Below, piece by piece: positions 10,826 through 19,509 of a stretch of DNA of 64,000 bases. Source of the DNA: an uncultured Candidatus Entotheonella sp. Its GTDB lineage: Bacteria > Tectomicrobia > Entotheonellia > Entotheonellales > Entotheonellaceae. Location of the stretch: assembly GCA_965217185.1 (NCBI GenBank), contig OZ244252.1, forward strand, positions 1,152,001-1,216,000, in the 5' to 3' direction. How positions within the stretch are numbered: the first letter of the stretch is position 1; each line of letters begins with the position of its first letter. Position numbers and translations under genes: made by a program. The notes beneath the pieces were generated by a model that did not search any database, was not told where the DNA came from, and saw only the letters and a list, made by a program, of their open reading frames with translations.

Positions 10826-11092
10826 TCATCTCAATCTTTGGCGATACACCTCCCGCCGGTGGGCAACACGAACGACCAGCACGATGAGCTCGCCGTGCTG
10901 CACTTCGTACAGCACGCGGTAATCACCGATGCGAAGCCTTCGCAGGCCCCGCAACTCCCCTTTCAATGCGTTGCCCAGGAAAGGGTTCTCCGACAGTCGG
11001 TCGATGGCTTCGACAAGCCGCGCACGGTCCGCCTTCGCGATTCGTTCCAATTCCTTGGCCGCACTTCCCTTAATCCGTATTGAGAAGCTCAC
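10826..11092 (-). CDS. relE: RelE/ParE family toxin
   Basis: 88 aa; LKGELRGLRRLRIGDYRVLY, VAHRREVY. Confidence 0.92.
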   Translation of the reverse strand: MSFSIRIKGSAAKELERIAKADRARLVEAIDRLSENPFLGNALKGELRGLRRLRIGDYRVLYEVQHGELIVLVVRVAHRREVYRQRLR

Positions 11093-11291
11093 GCTTGACC
11101 TGATCCCAATCCAGCACTGGATCGTTCGGGTCGCGGAGACGCTCGATGGTCACCGAGAGGTCGTCGAAATCCTCAAGGTAACGTTCGACCGCTTGGCGAA
11201 CGATCTCTGCGCGACTGCGCTTGAGCTGGCGCGCGGCTGCGTCCAGAGCGGCGACGACGGTATCGGGCAAGCGCGCGGTAATCTGAGCCAT
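11070..11291 (-). CDS. Ribbon-helix-helix (CopG/RelB-like) antitoxin
   Basis: ITARLP..LD.....RSRAEIVRQAVERYLED; overlaps the toxin start. Confidence 0.85.
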   Translation of the reverse strand: MAQITARLPDTVVAALDAAARQLKRSRAEIVRQAVERYLEDFDDLSVTIERLRDPNDPVLDWDQVKRELLNTD

Positions 11292-11308
11292 AACACCTCC
11301 GAAGTCAT

Positions 11309-11327
11309 ATGATGTCAATTGCATCAT
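11309..11327. promoter_or_regulatory. Putative TA operator palindrome
   Basis: ATGATG-TCAATTG-CATCAT immediately upstream of the antitoxin RBS. Confidence 0.5.
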
Positions 11328-11611
11328 CGTACTTCCACGTTGATGTTCAGGTCAATCTGCCAACTGATCATGCCGGCCATTCTTCGTCTCTAGAGTAGCC
11401 CCACCTTCCTATTCTCGGTAAACAGTAACCCACATCGGCAGCCGGTCTGACGATTATGGCGCCGAGGGACCCGCAGGAACGCCCTGCATGTTGACTGCGT
11501 TGCAGGCCGCAACTACGATACCGCGGTTTTGTACTTGGCCAAACGTATGACGCAGCAGGCGCACGGAACGACGTGCGGCGAGGCGACCGATACAACACAA
11601 GGAGGCAGGCT

Positions 11612-12691
11612 ATGCAGCGACGCACGTTGATTCGGAACTTGAGTTTAGGGGCCGCGGGGGTGGTGCTGGCGGCGCCGGCGGTGCAGGCGCAGAAGAAGTA
11701 TCGCTGGCGGATGGCGACGAGCTGGACGCCGGCGTTGGACGTGCTGCAAGGCAACGCAGTGCGTTTCGCCAAGGTGGTTGACGAAATGAGCGAGGGGCGG
11801 CTGAAGATTCAGGTGTACGCGGCGGGCGAGTTGATCCCGGCGTTCGGCGTCTTCGACGCGGTGTTGCAGGGCACCCTGCAGATGTTCAACGCCGCCGCTT
11901 ATTACTGGGCGGGCAAGGAACCGGCGACGCAATGGTTCACGGCCATGCCGTTCGGCCTCAATCCGCGCGGCATGTACGCTTGGTATTACCAGGGCGGCGG
12001 GCTCAAGCTGTGGGAGGAAACCTACGCGCCGTTCGACCTGATTCCGCGTCCGGGGGGCACTACGGGCAACCAGATGGGCGGCTGGTTCAAGAACAAGCTG
12101 GGCTCGATGGCCGATCTCCAGGGCTTGAAGTTCCGCATCCCCGGCTTGGGCGGCAAGGTATACGCCGAGGCGGGCACGACGGTGGTGCTGACGCCGGGCG
12201 GCGAGATTTTCCCGGCGCTCGAACGCGGCGTCATCGACGGCTCGGAATGGGTAGGGCCGCACGACGACATGAAGCTCGGCCTGCACAACGCCGCGGGTTA
12301 CTACTACTACCCCGGCTGGCACGAGCCCGGCACCACTGGCGAGTTCACCTTCAACCGCAAGGCCTATGAGGAGTTGCCCTCGGACCTGAGGGCGATTCTC
12401 GATTACGCAACGAGCTATTGCGGCGAGCAGATGCTGGCCGAATACGAGGCCAAGAACATCGTCGCGCTCAACACCCTGAGAACCAAGTACCAGGGGCAGG
12501 TCGAAATCCTCCCCTTCCCCGACGACGTCATGAATCAACTGCGCAGCTTGGCGCGCGACGTGCTGGCCGAGGAGGCGACCAGGAGCCCGATGGCCAAGAA
12601 GGTGCACGAGTCGTTCACCAAGTTCCAGGCGGAGTTCAACCCATGGGCGGAGATAACGGACGGCGCGTATCACCGGCTCGTGAGGGCGTAG
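11612..12691 (+). CDS. dctP: TRAP transporter substrate-binding protein (TakP-like), Tat signal
   Basis: QRRTLI Tat signal, QMGGWF, KFRIPGLGG, EWVGP, YYYPGWHEP. Confidence 0.92.
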   Translation: MQRRTLIRNLSLGAAGVVLAAPAVQAQKKYRWRMATSWTPALDVLQGNAVRFAKVVDEMSEGRLKIQVYAAGELIPAFGVFDAVLQGTLQMFNAAAYYWAGKEPATQWFTAMPFGLNPRGMYAWYYQGGGLKLWEETYAPFDLIPRPGGTTGNQMGGWFKNKLGSMADLQGLKFRIPGLGGKVYAEAGTTVVLTPGGEIFPALERGVIDGSEWVGPHDDMKLGLHNAAGYYYYPGWHEPGTTGEFTFNRKAYEELPSDLRAILDYATSYCGEQMLAEYEAKNIVALNTLRTKYQGQVEILPFPDDVMNQLRSLARDVLAEEATRSPMAKKVHESFTKFQAEFNPWAEITDGAYHRLVRA

Positions 12692-12884
12692 GGGCGCAGG
12701 CAACATGACCATCGAACGGCGGACCGCCAAAGCGGCAGCGGCGCGGAAGCAGGAGTATCAATAGGAATCGGACAACTTGGACCGTAAGGCCCCGGTGGCG
12801 CCCCACGCAATCCGTGACTCGGTTATTGAGGTGTTCCAGGTCGAACCATCGCGCGGATTCGAACGCGATTGAGAGGAGGGTTGC

Positions 12885-13376
12885 GTGGCCTGGAAGGCAA
12901 TCGGCAACATCGCCGCCTTGGTGGGTGTGCTGGTGGCGATGGTCATGATGTTCAATCAGGTTGACGGGCGACTGGACCGCGTGCACGAGCGCATGGACCG
13001 CATGCAGGCAGAGACAAACCCCCGCTTTGATGCTGTCGATGAGCGCTTCGACAAGATGTTCGACCGTGTGGACCGCACGCAGGCGGAAACCAACGCCCGC
13101 TTCGACGCGGTGCTTGAGGCGATTATGAGTTTTGACCGCCGGGGCCGCCGAGTAGGCATGCGGTCCCGCTGGCGGATTGGCGACCGCCGCTCGCGGCCGC
13201 TTAGAACTCCCCACCTGGCTGCCAAAAGAGGGCTGATGATGCGCTTGGCGTCCACCGATTGCGGGGAAATCGCCCCATTCGCGGCATCCGGTGGGGCGTG
13301 TTGTAGGCCTGCGCAGCGAAACGGCGTAGCGCTAGTAACGGCACGGGTTTCCGTGCTTTCCAAAGTTTACATATAA
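12885..13376 (+). CDS. Hypothetical TM + coiled-coil repeat protein; 3' half possibly degenerate
   Basis: N-terminal TM helix, duplicated DR.QAETN.RFDAV unit; stop codon lies inside dif-like site A. Confidence 0.45.
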   Translation: MAWKAIGNIAALVGVLVAMVMMFNQVDGRLDRVHERMDRMQAETNPRFDAVDERFDKMFDRVDRTQAETNARFDAVLEAIMSFDRRGRRVGMRSRWRIGDRRSRPLRTPHLAAKRGLMMRLASTDCGEIAPFAASGGACCRPAQRNGVALVTARVSVLSKVYI

Positions 13377-13391
13377 GCGCTTATCGGAAGT
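13364..13391 (-). repeat. dif/Xer-like site A
   Basis: + strand AGTTTACATAT-AAGCGC-TTATCGGAAGT; reverse complement ACTTCCGATAA-GCGCTT-ATATGTAAACT. Confidence 0.75.
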
Positions 13392-13414
13392 TCGGATGCG
13401 TCAGAACGCCTGAT

Positions 13415-13942
13415 CTACCCCGTTCGCACTCCATGGTAGGTGCAAAGCACCCCGATCGTAACCATTTCCCTCTCTACTTCCAGTGTTAAACTCCCCTCAA
13501 GCGTTAAGGCTACACGATTAGCATTGAGCACAGTTCCTTCATATTCCTCGTAAATGTCAGCTTGCAATTCTCCTAGCATCCTTTGTTCGGAATAAGCAAA
13601 CTGTATTTGATCGCCTGAAATCGTTCCGTCCGCCCGTGCGCCTGAATCAAGGTTAGTGAGTTCCAGGTCATTCCCCATCTGGATGACGCGTGTTCCCAAA
13701 TCATCATCCAACAACTCTGATTCGAGCAGTAAATCGAACTCCGCAAGTTGGTATGCAGATAAGGCAGTGCTGACAGTTGTACAATTAACTGGCGCTGCCG
13801 AATTCCAAATACCTGTCAGGTCGTATTCCGGCGAGACGAGTGGCTCATCACCCCCGCCTTCCCCTCCGCCACCTCCACAGCCGGCAAGGACGAAAACAAA
13901 CAGAACGATTACGATCAAACGAGACGTGCAGAACAAATTCAT
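13415..13942 (-). CDS. Hypothetical lipoprotein (cassette 1)
   Basis: Lipobox VLAGC followed by a Gly-rich linker; visibly AT-richer than flanks. Confidence 0.75.
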   Translation of the reverse strand: MNLFCTSRLIVIVLFVFVLAGCGGGGGEGGGDEPLVSPEYDLTGIWNSAAPVNCTTVSTALSAYQLAEFDLLLESELLDDDLGTRVIQMGNDLELTNLDSGARADGTISGDQIQFAYSEQRMLGELQADIYEEYEGTVLNANRVALTLEGSLTLEVEREMVTIGVLCTYHGVRTG

Positions 13943-13987
13943 GGAACATCTCCAGGTGTTAGTCGATGCGCTTCTCCAGGCTATCAA

Positions 13988-14015
13988 GGGTGACATAAAA
14001 CCCATTAACGGAAAG
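13988..14015 (-). repeat. dif/Xer-like site A2
   Basis: GGGTGACATAA-AACCCA-TTAACGGAAAG. Confidence 0.65.
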
Positions 14016-14022
14016 ATTCGTC

Positions 14023-14589
14023 ATGATTAACTGGCAACTCTTCGCAACCCTAGTAGCACCTATCCTCGCCCTCTTCGTCGGTCGTTGGATTAATCATCGA
14101 TTCGAGAGCCGTCCCATATTGTTGACTTACTGGGGGCACTTTTCCTCATTCAACTACCAAGACGAAAATGGCACTACCCACACCATACATACTCACTCAA
14201 TTATCATCAGGAACGCGGGCAGACGAGCAGCCACTAACGTTCGTGTGAGCCACGTTTATTTACCAGCGCACTTCCAGATATGGCCTCCAACCACGTATAA
14301 GCTGGAGGAGGTGCCGAATTCGGGCCATGATATCGTGTTTCCTACTGTAATCCCAAAGCAGGAAATGAGTATCTCCTATCTCTATTTCCCTCCAGTTACT
14401 TACGATAGGGTCAATAATGGAGTGAGATGCGATGAGGGCTTTGCGACTCCGATACTCGTCCTGCTACAACAACAATATCCAGGGTGGGTCATTTACTGTA
14501 GAGCGGCACTCGTCATTATAGGGATAGCTGCGCTGTTCTACGGTCTGCTTCAATTAGGCTCTTGGATCATCAAAGCAATGTGGAACTGA
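14023..14589 (+). CDS. Hypothetical protein with N- and C-terminal TM helices (cassette 2)
   Basis: 188 aa ORF filling the interval between sites A2 and B; AT-richer. Confidence 0.75.
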   Translation: MINWQLFATLVAPILALFVGRWINHRFESRPILLTYWGHFSSFNYQDENGTTHTIHTHSIIIRNAGRRAATNVRVSHVYLPAHFQIWPPTTYKLEEVPNSGHDIVFPTVIPKQEMSISYLYFPPVTYDRVNNGVRCDEGFATPILVLLQQQYPGWVIYCRAALVIIGIAALFYGLLQLGSWIIKAMWN

Positions 14590-14598
14590 AAGTACGAA

Positions 14599-14626
14599 AG
14601 GCGACATAACCGCCCTTATCGGAAGT
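14599..14626 (-). repeat. dif/Xer-like site B
   Basis: AGGCGACATAA-CCGCCC-TTATCGGAAGT. Confidence 0.8.
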
Positions 14627-14715
14627 TGGGATCCTCTGACGTGACATTCTTCACCAATCAGAATGGTACCATCTATCTGACAAATTGAACCCCTCACTGC
14701 CATCAGGCTGACATC

Positions 14716-17532
14716 ATGCGACTGTCCTGGAACGAAATACGCACCCGAGCCGCAGCCTTTGCCCGTGAGTGGGCAGCCGCGAGCTACGAAAAAGGCGAGA
14801 CGCAGAGCTTCTACAATGATTTCTTCCAGATTTTCGGTGTCAAACGCCGCACCGTAGCCCGGTACGAAGAGCACGTGAAAAAGCTGGATGACCGGTCGGG
14901 CTTTATTGACTTGTTCTGGCCGGGCGTCCTCGTCGTTGAACAGAAGAGCGCCGGGCGCGACCTCCAGCGAGCCTATGGGCAGGCCGGGGAATATGTTGAC
15001 GCCCTGTCTGAGAGCCAGCGGCCGCGCTACATCCTGGTCAGTGACTTCCAAAGTTTCGAGTTCTACGACCTCGATACGCGGGAACACAAACGCTTTACGC
15101 TTGCCGATTTGCCCGCCCATGTGGAGGTATTCGGCTTCATCCTCGGCGTGCAGCGCCGGACCTTCAGGGATCAGGATCCGGCCAACATCAAGGCCGCCGA
15201 ACTCGTCGGGCATCTACACGATGACCTCGCCGCGGCGGGCTACCGACGTCACGATCTCGAGCGCTTCTTGGTACGCATCGTCTTCTGCCTGTTCGCCGAC
15301 GACACCGGCATCTTCGAGCCGCGCGATATTTTTTTCGACTTCATCGAGGACCGCACCCGCGACGATGGTTCCGACTTGGGGCCGTTCCTGTCACAACTCT
15401 TCCAGGTTCTGGATACGCCGGAAAACAGCAGAGCCAGTACGCTCGATGAAGACTTGGCCCGGTTTCCATACGTCAACGGTGACTTGTTCCGCGACCCCCT
15501 GCGGATTCCCTCCTTCACCGCAGTCATGCGCGGGTCGCTTCTGGATGCCTGCCGCTTCGACTGGTCGAATATCTCGCCGGCCATCTTTGGCGCGCTCTTC
15601 CAATCCGTCATGGAATCGGCGGAACGGCGCGCCCAAGGCGCCCATTACACCACCGAAAAGAACATCCTGAAGGTGATCGAGCCGCTGTTCATGGACGACC
15701 TGAACGCCGAATTTGGACGTCTAAAGTCCCGTCGAGACAGCCGCCGCCGCGCCGATCTGCACCGATTCCAGGAAAAACTGGGGCAACTGCGATTCTTCGA
15801 CCCGGCCTGTGGCTGCGGCAATTTCCTCATCATCGCCTACCGCGAGCTGCGCCTGCTTGAAATCGAGGTCATCCGTGAGATTCACGCCGGAACAAGCGCT
15901 GGCTCCCAGGATGTACTCGACGTCGGATTCCTCTCTCGTGTCGACGTGGACCAGTTCTACGGTATCGAGATCGGGGAGTTCCCGGTCCGCATAGCCGAGA
16001 CCGCGCTGTGGATGATGGACCACATCATGAACAACCGCCTGAGCCTGGAGTTTGGACGCACCTATGCGCGTATTCCCTTGCGCACATCGCCGCATGTCGT
16101 CCACGCCGATGCCTTGGAAATCGACTGGTCGGATGTGCTACCAGCGGAACAATGCTCTTACGTGCTCGGCAATCCGCCCTTCGTCGGCGCGAAGTATCAG
16201 ACTACAGAGCAGCGCGCACAGGTGCGCCGCATCGCCAGCCTGGGCGGAAGCGGCGGTACGCTGGATTACGTCTCGGCCTGGCTCGTCAAGGCGGGAGCTT
16301 ACGTAACGGGTGAGACCCAGATTGGCTTCGTGGCCACCAATTCGATGACACAGGGGCAGCAAGTCGGGCAACTCTGGCCAATTCTGTTCGACCGCTGCGG
16401 GCTGGAGATCGCCTTTGCGCACTGCACCTTCGCTTGGGGGTCGGACGCACGCGGCAAGGCGCATGTGCACGTCGTCATTCTCGGCCTGGAACGCGGCGCT
16501 AACGCGCGGAACGAGAAGCGGCTATTTTCCTATCCCGACCTCAACGGCGACCCGGAAGAGACGCGCCACGCGGCGCTGTCGCCGTACCTGTTCGACGCCG
16601 GCGGGCTGTCCGATACGCACCTGACCGTGCACGAGGAAAGCGCGCCGATCAACGAGATGGGGAAGCTGATCATTGGTTCTAAACCCATTGACAGCGGCCA
16701 CTACATTTTCAGCGCCGGCGAAAGGGCTGCGTTCCTGGAAACAGAGCCGGACGCCGGACCTTTCCTGCGTCCCTTTGTTGGCGCCCGCGAATATCTGCAA
16801 GGCGGCGAGCGCTGGATTCTAGCCCTGCATGGCGCGGCACCGGACGTGCTGGCCCGATTGCCGCGCGTGCGGGAGCGTATCGCTGCGGTCCGCACATACC
16901 GTCAAGCCAGTAAGAGCAGGCCCACGGTCAAACTGGCGGAAACGCCGACGCTCTATCACGTGAACGTGGTTCCTGCCGCGCCGTTCCTGGTTATTCCCGA
17001 AGTCAGTTCCGAGCGGCGGGAGTACGTCCCCATCGGCTGGCTTGAGCCGCCAGTGATCCCGAGCAACAAACTTCGACTTCTTCTTGCCGCCACTCTCGCC
17101 GATTTCGCCCTTCTCACCTCCGCCATGCACATGGCCTGGATGCGGACCGTGACGGGGCGGATGAAAAGCGATTACATGTATTCCATCGGCGTCGTCTACA
17201 ACACCTTCCCAACACCGCCGGAAGGTGCCGACATGTCGAAGCTGGAACCGCTCGCGCAAGCCGTGCTCGACGCCCGCGCCGCCCATCCGAGCGCAACCCT
17301 CGCCGAACTCTACGACCCTGACCTCATGCCCCCCAACCTGCGCCGGGCACACCAAGCCCTCGACCGCGCTGTGGACCGTCTCTACCGCTCCCGAGGCTTC
17401 GCTTCGGAGCGCGAGCGCATAGAGCATCTGTTTATGCTCTATGAGAAGATGCGGACACCACTGGAAGGGGCGAGGCAAGCGAAACCAAAACGGCGGAGGG
17501 CAAGAGGGTTCCCGGCCGGACGATTGCAATAA
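14716..17532 (+). CDS. MmeI-like type IIL restriction-modification enzyme (nuclease + m6A MTase + TRD)
   Basis: IDLFWPGVLVVEQKS nuclease motif, GAHYT, FFDPACGCGNF, GNPPF, YNTFP. Confidence 0.92.
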   Translation: MRLSWNEIRTRAAAFAREWAAASYEKGETQSFYNDFFQIFGVKRRTVARYEEHVKKLDDRSGFIDLFWPGVLVVEQKSAGRDLQRAYGQAGEYVDALSESQRPRYILVSDFQSFEFYDLDTREHKRFTLADLPAHVEVFGFILGVQRRTFRDQDPANIKAAELVGHLHDDLAAAGYRRHDLERFLVRIVFCLFADDTGIFEPRDIFFDFIEDRTRDDGSDLGPFLSQLFQVLDTPENSRASTLDEDLARFPYVNGDLFRDPLRIPSFTAVMRGSLLDACRFDWSNISPAIFGALFQSVMESAERRAQGAHYTTEKNILKVIEPLFMDDLNAEFGRLKSRRDSRRRADLHRFQEKLGQLRFFDPACGCGNFLIIAYRELRLLEIEVIREIHAGTSAGSQDVLDVGFLSRVDVDQFYGIEIGEFPVRIAETALWMMDHIMNNRLSLEFGRTYARIPLRTSPHVVHADALEIDWSDVLPAEQCSYVLGNPPFVGAKYQTTEQRAQVRRIASLGGSGGTLDYVSAWLVKAGAYVTGETQIGFVATNSMTQGQQVGQLWPILFDRCGLEIAFAHCTFAWGSDARGKAHVHVVILGLERGANARNEKRLFSYPDLNGDPEETRHAALSPYLFDAGGLSDTHLTVHEESAPINEMGKLIIGSKPIDSGHYIFSAGERAAFLETEPDAGPFLRPFVGAREYLQGGERWILALHGAAPDVLARLPRVRERIAAVRTYRQASKSRPTVKLAETPTLYHVNVVPAAPFLVIPEVSSERREYVPIGWLEPPVIPSNKLRLLLAATLADFALLTSAMHMAWMRTVTGRMKSDYMYSIGVVYNTFPTPPEGADMSKLEPLAQAVLDARAAHPSATLAELYDPDLMPPNLRRAHQALDRAVDRLYRSRGFASERERIEHLFMLYEKMRTPLEGARQAKPKRRRARGFPAGRLQ

Positions 17533-17558
17533 TTGAGGGCAGCTTGGAGGTGTGAAAG

Positions 17559-18344
17559 ATGAACGACCCTCATGTGGTCGCGTTGATATACCGAGTCGAG
17601 CACGGGGATGGCTTCACGTGGGACCATGCAGAACCGCTTGTTGACCCGGTAACGCCCAAAGAATTTCAGTTGGAAATCAAGGACAAGCAAGCACGATTCG
17701 AGCTGAAAGTTCATTACCCCACGAAATCTGAGGCACGGGAAGTCATTGAGAATTACATCCGCGTTTGGGAGTTTAATGCCTGCCTTGAACGCGACGCGCC
17801 AGACTTCTTCCGGCTGAAATTCCTTAAGGCAGAGATTGTGGATCGAAATCCGAAACCGGGAACGGTTCGACTCGTGGGACGCCTCAGCGTAGAAGGTTCC
17901 GGTTCTGCGAGCCTTACGGTTGGGCCGCCTCGATATCCCTCACCACCGGTAGATATTTGCCTCGACCCATTCGATCCAGATGTTCAGAGGATGTATCAGC
18001 GGTACATGGATTATCGCCGAAAGCGTGAACCATTGCCGAGCATGGCCTATTTCTGCTTGACCGTTCTTGAGCGTTCAACAGGGAAGAAAAAAGGAGCCCG
18101 CCCAGCGGCTGGCAAGAAATATCAAATTGGGGAGCGGGTGCTTGATAAAATCGGGGAACTTTCAGCCGAGAAGGGCGGCTCGGAAGCAAGAAAGGCAGAA
18201 GGCGTTGCCACAGAGCTGACGGAGTCGGAGCGCCGTTTTCTGAAGGAGGCAATCAGGAAAATGATCCGCCGAGCGGCCGAGGAGGCCTATGACCCTGGCA
18301 AGAGCCTCCCAGAGATTTCGTTGTCGGACCTGCCACAGGCGTGA
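17559..18344 (+). CDS. Hypothetical protein co-transcribed with the R-M gene
   Basis: 261 aa ORF with GGAGG RBS, 26 bp after the R-M stop. Confidence 0.75.
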   Translation: MNDPHVVALIYRVEHGDGFTWDHAEPLVDPVTPKEFQLEIKDKQARFELKVHYPTKSEAREVIENYIRVWEFNACLERDAPDFFRLKFLKAEIVDRNPKPGTVRLVGRLSVEGSGSASLTVGPPRYPSPPVDICLDPFDPDVQRMYQRYMDYRRKREPLPSMAYFCLTVLERSTGKKKGARPAAGKKYQIGERVLDKIGELSAEKGGSEARKAEGVATELTESERRFLKEAIRKMIRRAAEEAYDPGKSLPEISLSDLPQA

Positions 18345-18398
18345 AACGCTGCAGCGGGACCGGCTTCTCTGTATCCGCACATCCACCCTTTCAGCCAA

Positions 18399-18427
18399 AG
18401 GTTACATAAGGCGGGGTTATCCGAACC
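18399..18427 (-). repeat. dif/Xer-like site C0 (7-bp spacer)
   Basis: AGGTTACATAA-GGCGGGG-TTATCCGAACC. Confidence 0.6.
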
Positions 18428-18435
18428 AGTCAGCC

Positions 18436-18472
18436 GCCCCTCCTCCGGGACATTCCCCGGAGGGGCTTTTTT
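18436..18472 (+). terminator. Intrinsic terminator between sites C0 and C
   Basis: GCCCCTCC...GGAGGGGC stem followed by T6. Confidence 0.7.
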
Positions 18473-18480
18473 ACGTCCGA

Positions 18481-18508
18481 AGGCGACATATCTGGCCTTA
18501 TCGGATGT
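18481..18508 (-). repeat. dif/Xer-like site C
   Basis: AGGCGACATAT-CTGGCC-TTATCGGATGT. Confidence 0.75.
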
Positions 18509-18573
18509 TGACAGCAATAAATTTTTATTGACATTGTTAGAAATTACATCTCTATTACGTACATTAGCGTACG
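18508..18573 (+). promoter_or_regulatory. TA promoter/operator region
   Basis: TTGACA at 18508 and 18528; palindrome CGTAC-N6-GTACG at 18558-18573. Confidence 0.5.
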
Positions 18574-18615
18574 GCAGATTGCTGTACATTGAAACCAAGC
18601 AAGGGAGACGAGACC

Positions 18616-18927
18616 ATGCTGAGCTTCCATGACAGTGCGGCCGCCATCGACGAGCCGAAGACGGCACGAATGGAGCAACGCACCAAACCGAGCGTTAAAG
18701 CGCAAATTCAGCAGGCAGTGGCTCTGCTCGGCATCGACGAGACCACGTTCGTAATCAGCGCGGCGCTGGAGCGAGCCAGGAGCACAATTGCCGATCATGA
18801 GCGTACGATCCTCACTGCCGAAGATCGTGATGTAATCCTTGCCGCTCTTGATACTCCTGCGGAGCCGACCGATGCCTTACGTCAGGCCATGGCTCTATAC
18901 AAAGCAGTGGTAGTATATGACGGCTAA
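18616..18927 (+). CDS. DUF1778 (TacA/AtaR-like) RHH antitoxin
   Basis: KTARMEQR..IQQA..LLG...TTFV..AL..A...I.DHE..IL; overlaps the GNAT gene. Confidence 0.88.
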   Translation: MLSFHDSAAAIDEPKTARMEQRTKPSVKAQIQQAVALLGIDETTFVISAALERARSTIADHERTILTAEDRDVILAALDTPAEPTDALRQAMALYKAVVVYDG

Positions 18928-19492
18928 GGCCATTCTCAATGCGCAAGACGTAATCATTGAGCCGTTCGATCCTGCAAAACACGATCGAACGGCTTTTTCT
19001 TGTGGGACGACCCGTCTCGACAACTTTCTCAAACTTACCGCAAAGAAACAGCAAGCCGGAGACTTCACACGGGTTCGGGTTGCCACGGTTAGAGAACAAG
19101 TCGAAATTCTTGGCTATTATGCGCTGAATGCACATTTTCTCGAAGGCGATGATCTCCCAAGCGATCTGACAAAAAATGCGTCTTGGTCTGGCATTCCGGT
19201 TATCTACCTCTCGATGATAGCGGTCGACCGCCGCTATCAGGGCCGGGGGATCGGACGTACCCTCCTGGTGAGCGCATTGACTCGTGCCGCAAATGCCGCC
19301 AAGGATGTTGGGTTAAAGGCAGTAATACTCGACGTGATTGACGATGGCGGCGACGAAATTACCGAAAAACGTCGTACGTTCTATACGAGCATGGGGTTTA
19401 AGCCATTTCCATCGTCTCCGCTGAGAATGTTTATCACCATCGAGATGGTACGTAAGCTAGATCTCGACGGCATGTCCAACAAGGCGACATAA
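18917..19492 (+). CDS. GNAT acetyltransferase toxin (TacT/AtaT-like)
   Basis: HDRTAFSCG...LDNFL, GYYAL, AVDRRYQGRGIG, FY..MGF. Confidence 0.88.
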   Translation: MTAKAILNAQDVIIEPFDPAKHDRTAFSCGTTRLDNFLKLTAKKQQAGDFTRVRVATVREQVEILGYYALNAHFLEGDDLPSDLTKNASWSGIPVIYLSMIAVDRRYQGRGIGRTLLVSALTRAANAAKDVGLKAVILDVIDDGGDEITEKRRTFYTSMGFKPFPSSPLRMFITIEMVRKLDLDGMSNKAT

Positions 19493-19509
19493 CCGCCCTT
19501 ATCGGAACA
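19482..19509 (-). repeat. dif/Xer-like site D
   Basis: AGGCGACATAA-CCGCCC-TTATCGGAACA; 27 nt identical to site B; supplies the GNAT stop codon. Confidence 0.8.

Noticed and set aside
13364..19509. Reading the repeats as integron attC sites or a CRISPR array
   Set aside because: No RYYYAAC...GTTRRRY hairpins, no intI or cas genes, and kb-scale irregular spacing; the 11-6-11 dyad fits Xer sites better.
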